A DNA stretch of 46,864 nucleotides, filler included, from Sphacelaria rigidula (lineage: Eukaryota): NCBI GenBank assembly GCA_964200075.2. It is 2 parts of 2 records of this genome, joined end to end, with 100 filler letters (N's around TTAATTAATTAA, not from the genome) between each part and the next. Parts side by side here need not be neighbours in the genome. Positions count along the whole stretch, not along the records: positions 1 to 23,388 come from CAXNAA020000265.1; 1 more part is not named here. The stretch is one strand, 5' to 3'. The stretch's first letter is position 1; every line of letters begins with the position of its first letter. Shown one piece after another: positions 1-11,800 of this stretch. Position numbers and translations under genes: made by a program. The notes below the pieces were generated by a model. It was not told where the DNA came from, ran no database searches, and saw nothing but the letters and a program-made list of their open reading frames with translations.

Positions 1-319
1 ACGAAGATTTTAATCCTCCGGGTTCTCATCCTCAATCAATAGCACCATCCTCAATATAGATGATTGGCTGTTATGCAGAGTTGGACCGCACAGGCAGGCA
101 ACCACCGGACTGTACTGTCTGTACTGCTGCAAGATGGCTTCAAGGTCGTCAACATCTCCATCATGGGAGAGAACCACCAAGCCTAGAGTAACACATGTCA
201 GTAGTTTGGGGGAGTACAGCCTGAGACTGCGCTATACTGCCACCAGAGCCAAGAGCGTCGAGAAATGGTCGAGACACTTTAAAGCTGAGCAGGAGGTAGA
301 GGCAGCAGCTTGCGAGTGG

Positions 320-760
320 AAAAAAAAACCATGTGGTCATCATTTCGGGATTCGAACTCGTGACCTGTGCAAATGGAATCGGATATCTACCAGTTTGACC
401 ACTGGGGCACGGGGGCGCAGCCCCGTCACACGATAACTGCTCGTCATAGCCCAATTCGACGGGTTATGGGCTGAAATTTTACAGGAGTGCCCGGGATGCG
501 ATTACCCACCGCCTGGTTGAACGTACATTCGTTACTTTCAATTTAACGCGGAGTTATGGCGATTTTCCTGTTTTCGTATAAACTTCAAGTCGCTCTAACT
601 CCTTTCTTTTTGTTTTTTTTCAAGTGTACAGACACTAGTCCTGTCCGGACTGGTGATAAAAATGTTGCGTCAAATTTTCAGCGCCTAACTCTTCGAATTA
701 CCGCCTGCCGGCCCTTTCTGCTGTTTCGTTATCCTCACAGCTGGCCCAGCTCGTACTTTT
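320..760. repeat. Dispersed ~450-bp repeat with an embedded tRNA-like segment, copy 1
   Basis: Shares GATTCGAACTCRTGACCT, GCCCAATT, TCAAGTCGCTCTAACT, AAATTTTCAG and CTGGCCCAGCTCGTA with the copies at ~7136-7625, ~15386-15870 and ~23600-23770. Confidence 0.75.
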
Positions 761-1254
761 TTTGCAGCCGTTCGGCGGCATGGTTCAAGCACGAGCTACA
801 AATTTAAAACACATTTTCTTGACCCAAAAAACACTCATTTACAAAAAAAAACGATCGGACATCGTCAAGGGCCCGTACAAATATAGGTACCTTTACTCAT
901 GGGACAGAGTAAGTATGCATATATTTATGCATGACAGGTTTACATCACGGCCCAGGCAATCAATGCATTCATCTAGCAGAAAAATTATATCCCCCAATGC
1001 GGGAGGAAAATCGAAATCCATCCACACCTTGTATTATGACCGATCTTGCGTCGGGGGTTTAACTCGGGAGCCCACTTTTTTTCTAATCTGATACGTATAC
1101 GGGTGTTTTCAAACAAAGTAGAGCCTGCACGTGTACCGTCGTGCAGGCATAAATCGTATCCTCTGCATCTGCACGCCCTACTATGTACGTGCATCTGCAT
1201 CTCGCCTTGAACCTTAGAGTCAAGACGGTGTAGAACTGAAGATATTACCGACAT

Positions 1255-1985
1255 CACCGCTGCCAAATGCGAGCCTGCCTCCCGGTGTCGCGAACAATTT
1301 TTTGGCTACCTCGTACTGTACTGTGTATGTAAAGCACAGGATCTTTTTTGTCCTTGTATCGCTTTTGTCTGTTGTATTTGCAAAGTGCAGCAACCACCTC
1401 GTACTGTGTTCGCGAGTACAGCTTGTATTTGTAACGTTGCACTGCAATGCTGTGTTCGCGAGTTCAGCTATGTTCACGAGTACAACCTGTACTTGTAACC
1501 TTGCACTACTGTGCTTGCGCAGTGCAGGCTGTAGTCGGAAATACAGTAGAACAAGGTTACAAGTACAGTCTGCACCTGTACTGTGTTTGGCAAAGTACAG
1601 CCTGTACTTGTGACCTCGTACTGTTGGCAAAATACACGGCCTGTACTTGTACCATTGTATAGTAGTTACTTTGTCTTCTAGGATTTCAAATTCATTGCAA
1701 ACTTGGAGTGCGCAACGCTTCATGTAACGTGTTTATGACGTTTCATGTAACGTGAAACGTCTAATGCACGTGTAACGTGTAATAGACGTTACACGTTACA
1801 TGCAACGTTTCATATTACGTGTTTTGAATGTTTGGACAATTTGACGTTGACGTTACGTTTCGTTTGGCACGTTAAAAAAAATCAACGTTACGTGAACGTT
1901 TCATTTGAAGATTCAACGTTACGTTTCGGCCAAAACGTAATGTGTAACGTTGTGGGACGTGTAACGTGTATACCCAGACCCTGGA
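1255..1985. repeat. Two adjacent motif-dense blocks (TACAG/CTGTA-rich ~1310-1660; AACGT/ACGTT-rich ~1715-1970), probably MITE remnants
   Basis: High density of short reiterated motifs in both orientations. The second block ends CCCAGACCCTG, resembling a hAT end. Confidence 0.55.
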
Positions 1986-2488
1986 AATTTCAGGGGGTGG
2001 AGATTTTGGGCGGGGAGGAGCGGGAGGGGTGAATGGTCGGCCTCTTTCCCATACTGATGGCCCCTTGCACTCTCCGCAATTCAGGCCCTCTTCGTTTCGG
2101 GTGTTGTGGCATTGCCATACAAGACACGCAGTATAGCGCTGGTCAGTGCTACACGCACCATGAGAGTATTTATTGAAACGTTCGTAGCTTGCAAAAAACC
2201 CGCAGGCCTCAAATTCGTCTTGAAATACCTTGCACGAATTCCCGGACTACATATATCACAATATTTTGGAAGTATCACATGAGAGGTATCAATTTACGAA
2301 CCACGGGAAAGACATCTCGGACTGTGCGGCATACCTGACTTTGCAATTTCCTGTCGCATAAACGAAGAAACGAATGAGACCACTGTGATCCCATCGATGC
2401 CCCTCATTGAATTCGGTGTATATAGGTCAAGTTTGAGGGCGAAGGAGTCGATGATTACGGTGGGCCGTATCGAGAAGTATTCACACAG

Positions 2489-3592
2489 GTCGCCGCAGAG
2501 CTCACGTCCACTGCAGACCAACACCGGGGGGATTCGCCCTCAGGCCAACCGTCGTGTGTCCTGCCCATCCTGGAGCCTACTTCGACCTCCTCGGCGGGCG
2601 GAGCGCGATGTGTGGGATTGGAATTTTCTGTTCCAGCAGAAGTTCGCCCGCGAGGTCGCCTCAACGCATACACATTCCTCGGACAGGTGATGGGCATCGC
2701 CCTTCGCTGTCGAGTGGCGGCACCATGGAGACTATCGAAAGTTTTCTGGAAGGGCCTTGTGGGCGAGGCGTTGCAAGAAACCGACCTTGAACACGTCGAC
2801 TTTGAAGCACACGCCCTTGTCCGGGGCGTGAAAGACCACATTTCGACTCTACGCAAAACACAGCAATTCACCGAGAGAACGACTTCTTCCCAGGTGACTG
2901 ATTGCTTCACCTGGACCGCACCCGCACGAGGTGAAACGGTGGAGCTGAGGCCAGGGGGGGCAGAGCTGACGGTGAGAACAGCGGAATTGCCCGAGTACGC
3001 GCACGCGGTGGTGCAAGCGCGAATTCACGAGGGTGACACGACTCTTTTTGCTGTTAGGGACGGCCTGGCATCGGTTGTGCCCGCTGCGGTTCTTCCTTTG
3101 TTTGCATGGGACGAGGTGGAGTTACAGGCATGTGGTCGGCCCGGGGTGGACGTGGACCTGCTACAGGCCAACACAGAATACGACGACGACATCTCCACGT
3201 CGGATCCGCACATCCAGTCGTTTTGGCGTGTGCTCCACGCTTTTGATGATCGCGACCGCTGTCAGTTTTTGCGCTTCGTGTGGGCGCGTTCTCGCTTGCC
3301 GACAAAAGCGGTAGACTTTCACCAGAAGTTCAAGATTCACACTCCGACGAGCGAGGGCGTCAAGGAAGATCCGGACCAATACTTGCCCAAGGCACACACG
3401 TGTTTCTTCTCCATTAATCTACCCCGGTATTCGACGGACGAGGTCATGGCCAAGAAGCTGAGCTACACCATGTACAATTGCATCGAGATGGACGCCGACT
3501 TCCGGTTGGCGGACAACGAAATGTCGGACTGGGCTGTTGGCAATGGGAATGCCACCGGCAGGGGTCAGGGGTCAGAGCCGGTACAGCGGTAA
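2489..3592 (+). CDS. Terminal exon of a HECT-domain E3 ubiquitin ligase (HERC-like); upstream exons not identified in the window
   Basis: Acceptor cacag|GTC at 2488/2489 is in frame with ORF 2612-3592. HECT motifs are present: FLGQVMGIALR, VELRPGG, FWRVLHAF, FLRFVWARSRLP and catalytic LPKAHTCFFSINLPRY. Stop TAA at 3590-3592. Confidence 0.92.
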   Translation, partial: VAAELTSTADQHRGDSPSGQPSCVLPILEPTSTSSAGGARCVGLEFSVPAEVRPRGRLNAYTFLGQVMGIALRCRVAAPWRLSKVFWKGLVGEALQETDLEHVDFEAHALVRGVKDHISTLRKTQQFTERTTSSQVTDCFTWTAPARGETVELRPGGAELTVRTAELPEYAHAVVQARIHEGDTTLFAVRDGLASVVPAAVLPLFAWDEVELQACGRPGVDVDLLQANTEYDDDISTSDPHIQSFWRVLHAFDDRDRCQFLRFVWARSRLPTKAVDFHQKFKIHTPTSEGVKEDPDQYLPKAHTCFFSINLPRYSTDEVMAKKLSYTMYNCIEMDADFRLADNEMSDWAVGNGNATGRGQGSEPVQR

Positions 3593-4057
3593 TTAACGTC
3601 TTCGGCAGAATACATGATGAAAGCCAGCCTCCTGTGCGGAAAACCTCCAAGAATAATGTTGTAGACGGTAGGTATGGGGGCACTGCCGTGGTGCGCCGTG
3701 TTCGTGAGGCAGCCAGAGCGTGCCGGATCTTGGAGAGCCCGCACCCTGAGCTAACTTGTATTCGTTTAGAAATACGTGGTGTGCAATAAGAAGTGAGATA
3801 GATTGTCGTAGGCTAAAGTTAAGGACAAGTATGAACAAAGATTTTTATGCAACTCCCATGCCGATTGCTCAAGAGAGGGCCCATGCCCATTGCTCAAGAG
3901 GGGGCTTATCGTCGCAAAAACGCATATACTTCGTACATACTTCAGTTCCCGGCACGAGCGAAACAACGAGAGGTAAGTCGCTTGTGCTCAATGCGTAGGG
4001 CAGGATACCTGTCGGTGCCATCATGATGAAAAGACATCACTGACAGTTGACAGGTCG

Positions 4058-4220
4058 TGAATATATTATCCATAAGTGGGCAAAGGCACAGCCCGTGAAC
4101 TTGAAAAACACGATCACGCCGCTAACGATGCATACAGTTGTGAATAAATTATCCATAAGGGGGCAGAGGCACATCCCATGGGCTTGGCAAAATAAGCATG
4201 ATCACGCCGCTAACTATGCC
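4058..4220. repeat. Diverged tandem duplication (~80 bp x2); a 25-bp x2 duplication is also present at ~3855-3906
   Basis: GTGAATA.ATTATCCATAAG.GGGCA.AGGCACA...GATCACGCCGCTAAC.ATGC occurs twice. Confidence 0.75.
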
Positions 4221-4825
4221 ACCACAGCGATAGCAACCCAGGTAACGCCTGTCTCAGGTTCGGAGCAGACTGCATAATCAGATTCTGCTAAACATGGGTG
4301 ACTCTTACTCAGACCATAGCGCCACAGTAGGGAGTAAATACCGACAAATTACAGCGAACATGAGAAGTTCCATATCGTTGGGCCACCCGGTTACGGAACA
4401 CAAACGCGACAGACCTCAGACGGGCGCAACAAGCTAAAACCTTAGCTACACTAGTCATGATAAGGGGGTTTGAACTACATGACACGTACAACCTAACAGC
4501 ACTCGAGCCATGCAGATTAGCTAGACAACTCCATCTCATCCTCTACAACATTGGCAACGTTGATGAAGAACCGCCCCAAAACCGAGTCTACCGTTGCACA
4601 TGAACCAATCCCCCACCAACCGACTGGGTTGCATGCAAAAACACCCACATTCAAATGGTCTACGTGCGCACAACACAAGGGGGTATAAGACATGCTAAAA
4701 AGCAAGACGGGATATGACTTCAACTACGTTCTGGGCGGCAGAGGAAAGGTAGTAGGTCTACATGTACTACTCAGTTCAGCCCGACAGTAACAGGCAGGGG
4801 CAATCAGTGCGAAGGTTACTCGCCG

Positions 4826-5638
4826 TCACTTATCGTCGTCGTCATTGCCAAACAGAAAGAAATCTTTCTCCGACAGACCTTCAAACGCTGCTATCTCGTC
4901 AGCATAGTCGCCATCGTCTTCATCATCAAAGTCGAATGTGTACTCATCGTCGCTCAACTCGCCCGCATTCGAACCACTAGAGTCGGCGGTATCACCGCTC
5001 TCCCTCGCCGCCGCTGCCGCATCGTCCTCTTCACCCACCCTGTCAATCAAGGCCATCAAATCCACGGCGGCTCCAATATCTGTGTCCTTGAAGTACAGCT
5101 CCGGCACGCGCTTCATTCCCCTCAAATTCGTCGCCAATGCACTCCGAATCGCCCTCGTGTTCTTCACGCACCATGCGTAGGCTTCTCGCTTCTCCAGAAC
5201 GTCGCCGTAGACAGACACGAACACCTTAGCCGACCGTAGGTCGGGTGACATAATGACATCAGCTACCGATATCTTGGACCTTGTACTGTCGGCTATCTTA
5301 TCGTTCGTCTTGATCCCATGGCCCAACCTCAGAATTTCCGCCAGCTCCGTAGCCATGAGCTGCGACACCCGAGCCTGCCTCTTTGACTCCCCACTTGATC
5401 GAAAAGAGTTGCTCCTTGCCATCATGTGAATTGTTTCTCGTCGCGGCCTTCGCATCCCGGGGTTCCACCGTGCTTGTCTGCGGTCGCCTGCTGTCGGTAA
5501 CGATGCGGCGCAACCCTGACTGCTGCAACTGCGAGATGCTGATGGTGGCCATCGTGTGATGGGTGTAAAGCCGGACACCCCTGAACAGCCACAAAGGCTA
5601 AATACTACGCTCACGAGAAGAAGAAACCGCGGAGACAT
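4826..5638 (-). CDS. rbfA: Ribosome-binding factor A, plastid-targeted, intronless, 270 aa
   Basis: RbfA motifs: RQARVSQLMATELAEIL, ISVADVIMSPDLRSAKVFVS, IRSALATNLRGMKRVPELYFKD. The N-terminus is a hydrophobic signal peptide followed by VSG|FTP (ASAFAP-like) and a Ser/Arg-rich transit peptide. The C-terminal tail is acidic. Confidence 0.93.
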   Translation of the reverse strand: MSPRFLLLVSVVFSLCGCSGVSGFTPITRWPPSASRSCSSQGCAASLPTAGDRRQARWNPGMRRPRRETIHMMARSNSFRSSGESKRQARVSQLMATELAEILRLGHGIKTNDKIADSTRSKISVADVIMSPDLRSAKVFVSVYGDVLEKREAYAWCVKNTRAIRSALATNLRGMKRVPELYFKDTDIGAAVDLMALIDRVGEEDDAAAAARESGDTADSSGSNAGELSDDEYTFDFDDEDDGDYADEIAAFEGLSEKDFFLFGNDDDDK

Positions 5639-5824
5639 AGTATGCCTGCACTCCGACAGACATCCACGAGCAAAACACTGTTCATGCCATCAGTCTGATG
5701 TTGATCACTAGTCCATGACAATTATTGCATAAATTAGGAGACCGATTAAAGGGAAAGCACGTCGTGCATCAAAGTCCGAGACAACATCAGCGTCACTGCA
5801 AACTGTTTTGCACTGTTCTAAGTG
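5639..5824. promoter_or_regulatory. Putative bidirectional promoter and 5' UTRs shared by rbfA and larC
   Basis: Only 186 bp separate the two divergent ATGs (5638 on -, 5825 on +). Confidence 0.55.
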
Positions 5825-5896
5825 ATGAAAATCGCATACATAGATGCATTCTCGGGTGTGGCCGGAGACATGGTTTTGAGTGCACTACTCGATGTG
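5825..5896 (+). CDS. larC: larC exon 1
   Basis: [24 protein letters not shown], followed by donor gtgaga. In-frame TAA lies two codons upstream. Confidence 0.9.
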
Positions 5897-8800
5897 GTGA
5901 GATGAGATACGTTGGATCAAGGAGGTTGAGATGGCTGTTTGATGCCCCGTTTCTTGCGGGGCTTCGTGCGGTTTGTAGTGTCCTCCTATACTCCTACGCG
6001 TCTACCCGTAAGGCATTTGCTTTTTCATGTTGGACAAATGAGGTTTGATATATGGCCAGCCGAATCCTGCTGTACTGAGTTTTAGGTTTCGCCCGAAATA
6101 ATCCTCAAGACATCATCCTAGTGCCATATTGTTGAGTTCGTGTTAGAGTTGGGTGCTTGCCACACTATTGACTTTCGTTCCTTCGAATAACCAGGGTTTT
6201 CACTATATGTCGTAATATACCACCCCCTTCCCCCCCGCGCGCGAAAACGGGAGGCTCACCGCTGAAGCAAGGAGTATTCTGTCCCTGGAAAATTCTTAGC
6301 GATATTCATGTTTACCTTGGAGAAGTTGGGGTGGCGCAGCTCCCTTCGTATAGATAGTGTCGAGGTGAAATATATTTCTGGTGAAGGATGTTTCCTTGTA
6401 ACACGGTGTATACCACCCGCGTATGATAACTCTGAAGTTTTGGGGAGACTGCTTTCTTGGGGCTCGAAGGGAAGCGGTAAAGAGAAGGTGCCGTGGCAAC
6501 GTACAGTGCATTAGGTGCCGGAATGTTCTATAGGTGCCAATAATTCCCTAAATAGCCTGAAACTTTCCGCCCGCGTATGTTATCCACGGGGTGGTATACA
6601 ACGTACGGGTGACGTACACCTGACGGCCTGTTCTACTGCGGTGCAGGAATGATATGACCCCTTCTGTACAATCCACTATACTGTATTATCCATGTAGTGG
6701 CTGCGCTGTAGGCTATATCGATCATGACTGATACGATACACCAATGTGTACGCCCTGAATGATTCTTTGTTTGAACGATTAGAGAGCTCCAAAACGAGAG
6801 TGGCAGCGTTTTACTTGCACCAACTCATCAACTACACGTTACCATTACCCGTCAGGACCAGCTGATATCGGATTAGTTGATAATTCGACCAGCCGTAGCT
6901 GGTGCAAATGTTGGGTTCACACGTGCGCATACCATTTGTATGTACGCAAAGTATCCAGTTTGGGGAGTGCCTAGAAAAGCGTTATGCTTGCGATTTTCGC
7001 TCTTGATAGTACAATACGAGCGGGGCGAGCAGTGAATCCTGCATTCGCTTCCCACACGACAACTTCTCAAGTTTCCCAAATCAGCGCGACGTGAGCATAT
7101 CGCTGTGAACTGCAGATCAATCTGTAACACACGGCACCGCCGTTGAATGAAGAAATAATGAAAAAAAATATTACTGCATCATATATAACTTTAACGACGG
7201 ACGAAAATGAAAGAGAATATATCGCGATTCGAACTCATGACCTCCATGACTGGAGTCTCCTGTATTACTTGGATTAAAGGGGCGCGGCCGTGTCACACAA
7301 GAAGTGTGATGCGACGCCCAATTTGAGTTTTTTTTTGGCCGAAACTTTACGAGGATGTCCTGGACGCGAGTGCGCACAACGTTGTTCGGAGTGCAGCCGT
7401 TTTTAACATTTTTTCACGGACTTATAGCATTTTTCCTGTTTTTGCTGAAACCTCAAGTCGCTCTAACTTCCTGCTGGTTTGTTTTTACTCTGCACCCCCA
7501 ATAGGGTTGCCTGGGTTGATGATAGAAGTGTCGTGTCAAATTTTCAGTGCCTAACTCTTCGAGCTATCAATCGCGTCGCCATTCTTCATTAAAAAATCAC
7601 TGTCAGCTGGCCCAGCTCGTAGTGGTTATCGAGTTGCTTTCACGGCGCAGTGAGATACAGATGTCATCCATGTCGGTTGTTTCCACCAAAACACCCAAAA
7701 CACGCAGTTTTGTTTCCTTTTTGAACATATTTTATAATCCAAAAAAACCGAGGCTTTTCAAACACAGGACAAGCTCTCGCTTGACTTACCATCATCTCTG
7801 AACCCATCACAAGTCTCGCACGACCGCCTTTGAACCGATTCAAGAACATCGGGACGTGAAACAGTCACGTGCAGTGCCAGTAATGTAACGATCTTTGAAG
7901 AAATCGAATATGGGGCAATTGAGATAGATGGTGCTGGCCACCGCCAATCCCACTTCCTCGCCATTAGCTACGTCAAAACCGCGAAAGTTGGTCATGACTC
8001 AGGAGCATTCTTTGGTTTTCTACTCACGTTTCACTGGGTACGTATGATGCGATATTTCGTGGCCGAAAAGATCGGGAGACTCGTGGGTAAAAACAGCAAC
8101 CCCATCCTGCGGTGTCTACTCCCGAGGATGTCTGTCCACGTCACAAAGCACATCCCCACGCTTGCACTATACGTGTGCTCTCCTCACACTACAGGGAGTC
8201 CCTCTGGAGCAACTGCTGGCCGGACTCAGAACGATTTCCCCGATCGCTGATGAGTGGAATCTTGAAGTACGCCGAGTCACACGAGGATCGGTGAGCGCAC
8301 GTTGCGAAGGGTTGTGCTTAGATATGCGATGTTGAAGGCAAGCGTCCCAGCGAATTTACTTGGAGGGGGAATGGAGAGGCTACTTATTTAGCTGAGGATC
8401 GAAGGACAGTGTCGACTAGGACCGGAGAATCTGCTGTGGAGGCCACCTAGAAATCGATGTGAAATTCATGAAGTCGTTCGCAATCACCGAGGAAATCTAG
8501 AGACGGCATTCGAACATTGTTCGTGATGTACCTCAGTCGGAAAATCTCGCCCCACCGACAAAAACCTCACCCTATGACACCAATCATTTAACTCTTTCAC
8601 AGCGAGGAAATCAACCATTGCGGTTGACAGTGCTTCTATCGGCTATTGTATTATAATAGACGGAAGATCGAAGCCGATTCGACCAAAAAATCACTGTCGG
8701 AGTCACAGGACTAACTAACTCTAACTAGTTATCGCTACGCACAATCGTGAATACAGGGTTCCATCGCCGGTGCACACGTGACGGTAACGAGCAAGTATCA

Positions 8801-11800
8801 GCACCGTCCGGTTGCCCCCCCTGGGGCAGTCCAAGGTCCAAATGGTGATCATGACCACACTCACGACCACAGCGACAGCAACAGCCATAGCCATAGCCAT
8901 AGTCATGGCCACGGGCATAGCCACGGGCATAGTCACCATCACAACGAGACAAGTGCGGAAAGTGGTGCGGAAGAGACCCCAGGAGTTAGCGAAGGCAAGT
9001 ATTTTGACCAAGTACCCGCAGGCTAATGTCTAATGTCCGAAGCAAGCGTCAGGGCCAGGTTGTGACGAACGTCCGGCCAAACAGAGGGTGCTGCAAGATT
9101 TAGATGAAGAACGCGCCAGGTTCGATATCTATATGTATATACGTGTCAAACCACTGCGCCGTTTTTTGCGGCGAGTCACGGCGAAGTCTCACCTTCTAGC
9201 CAAAGTGTTCTATCGTCGATTACTCCGTCTCCCCTCTTGCGACCCTACCACCCTGCCAAAACTCCAACTCACGGTAGCCCATCGAACATGGCTGGTATGA
9301 GATAATCGGCGGTCAAGGTCTGGAAGGAGCTCCAAAGAGTGACTACTGAGGTTCAACAGCGTGTTCTCCCAGTTGTCGGTTGTCGGTTCTTGACATTCCG
9401 TTATCACTCTCATCACAGTTACCATAGTCACCACGGTTACATGCTGCCCATACCTATAGGTTGTGTGGTTCATCATTTTCGCGGACATCGAAGAATGGAA
9501 AACTCATTGCATGTTTGCTTTGTAGGCGGGGGGGCGCAAATCCATTCTGCAGCGCTTGTAAGGCTTGGCCCTGACTGCGCTTGTACGTATCTCATATTTA
9601 TTCTAGCAAGGGTAGTTTCTGTGAGCCGACAACCAAAAACCGAAGAATGGGCCAAAAATTGCAGCATTTAGTGAAGACAGCTGGAGAGAATCGTGTGCTA
9701 GCGTAAAAGGCGAGCGAGAGACTTGTTAGACCCTGCGGACAGAACGAGAGCTCCACATCCGTGCCAGCATGCAGAGCGCACGCGTTGGTTTTCTTCGACC
9801 TTACGGTAGACCTTTTCACTATTTTGTAGGGTACCGCTGTTTGGTGTCACTGAGATACATGGTCCAACCCGCCCATTGACGCTGTGTGCACAGCCGACCA
9901 GCCTTCGAGCACCGTTCAACACGATCCCGTGCGAAATCTGAGCACGATCAGAGATATGATAATGGAGTCGGGTCTGCCGACAAAGGTCAAGGAACGCAGT
10001 GTTGCGATATTTACGGCTCTTGGCGAGGCCGAAGCCGCAACTCATGGGTCGACACTAGAACAGGTGTGTTTCATACCCGCAGTGAAATGAAAGAAGATTG
10101 TGGTTGTTTTTATGTGTATATATGTTGTACATTTTGATCCCTCCGAAGGGATCAACCATGTGTTTCCCCGGTGCATATACGCCTCACACTTGGCACCGCG
10201 GATTGGATCAGAACTCCCGCACTCCGTCAAGTCTCGTCAAACAACAAAGCCCAGTCATACTCTTTTTTCTACTCGCTTCCTCGCGTTTCAACGGCGGATA
10301 TGAGATACTGTCTTCGAAGCAAAAACCTAGACGTATCTGGCTCGAAGTGAAACCGCATTTTCCCGACCCATTCAATGGCTTCAGCTGTACATATTTAATT
10401 TTGACCACCGCGACGCGGCAGCATGCGATACCCTTGCAGTTGCACGCCCGACATGTGACTCCAGGTGCATTTTCACGAAGTTGGGGCCATTGACAGCATT
10501 ATTGACACGGTGGGGGTCGTGTATGCGCTACACCTTCTTGGAGTGGAAAAAGTCTACTGCTCTGCGCTGCCTTTCAGCGAGGTCAGTTTTATGCGTTGGT
10601 CGCCCCAGTAGGCCGTAATTTGCCGTTGCAATGGACTGCTGCTAGCCACGCGTACCGTTGCGTCTGAATGTTGAGGTTTGCTTGGATCTGGGTGGTACCG
10701 AGCTCTTGTCGCGAGTTTACGGGAAATCCTGGCATGTTGACATGCACTGTACACCGCCGTGCTTGTTTCTTCGGTAGGCGGAGTTGTGTTATTCCGTTAT
10801 TCGATGCTTCATATCTTCATGTTTCGCATTGCGCTGGGCTAGTCTTGAGCTCCAGTAATCCAGGCATATTTTCCGCAGGTCCCAACTCTTCCCAAGTCTA
10901 CTTGTTGCACTGATCTCTCCACCCCCTCGGCGTTTTCCGTTGCAGGGTACTGTGTGGACGGCGCACGGCATTCTTCCTGTCCCTGCGCCGGCGGCGCTTC
11001 GATTAATGCTCGGCATTCCCACGTGCCCTGGGCCAAAAAGGTGAGCGGACTCATTTATTCAGTTGCCCACACGAAGTTCACCCCCCTTTCTCTTGAGGAC
11101 TCACCCACCCGGTCGATACTGCACCCTGGACGATAGACGATAGACAGTGTCTATTCCGATTGAAATATAATCTTCCATAATAGACGTCATTATTGTCGTC
11201 GGTAATGGCTATCGATCGACAATTTTCCCTGTCTAATGCCGTCTGCAATGTCTGTCGTTAGATCCATTTCTCAGACTATTGCCGGGGCAGCAGTTAGTTG
11301 CGGCCCTACATCGAAAGCTATTGCCGCCAACCGAATATGTCGATAGGTAGCTCTCCAAATCAATTGATGACATGAATGGCTATTGAGAAATCGTGTACCG
11401 CATACATTGATGGTGGCGAGGGCTATTGATAGATCGCGTTCAGAATCTATTGATGACAGTTGCTATCGATAGATACATACCAATATCTACTGTGGTACAC
11501 GATGGCTATTGATGGGTATTCTCTGTCGTCTATTGCCACACCTATAATGCAACAGACTATCTAGAGCATACACTATTTTAAGGAACGGTAGATAATTGAA
11601 CATGTGGTGGGTATGTTATGATACTACATATGCAAATGTGACGTCATATTCTCTAAGTTTGGAAAATATGTATGTTATAGGAATCCGCGACATGTGTGGA
11701 CAGAAGTTTAAAAGCTTCGTTGTTGTGGTGGTGTTGGTAGTCAGGATTCTCCCTCTGATGGACAAGAGCGCTTAGAGTACTTTCATGTGTGGGTGAGATG

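Noticed and set aside
134-454. ORFs near the window start as an upstream HECT exon
   Set aside because: No HECT N-lobe motif (such as D.GG..RE) is visible, and the ORFs run into a dispersed repeat.
9400-9445. Second His-rich-looking stretch ([13 protein letters not shown]) in larC intron 3 as an extra exon
   Set aside because: I found no acceptor/donor pair that keeps the His frame with the phase-1 junctions on both sides. RNA-seq would be needed to revisit it.
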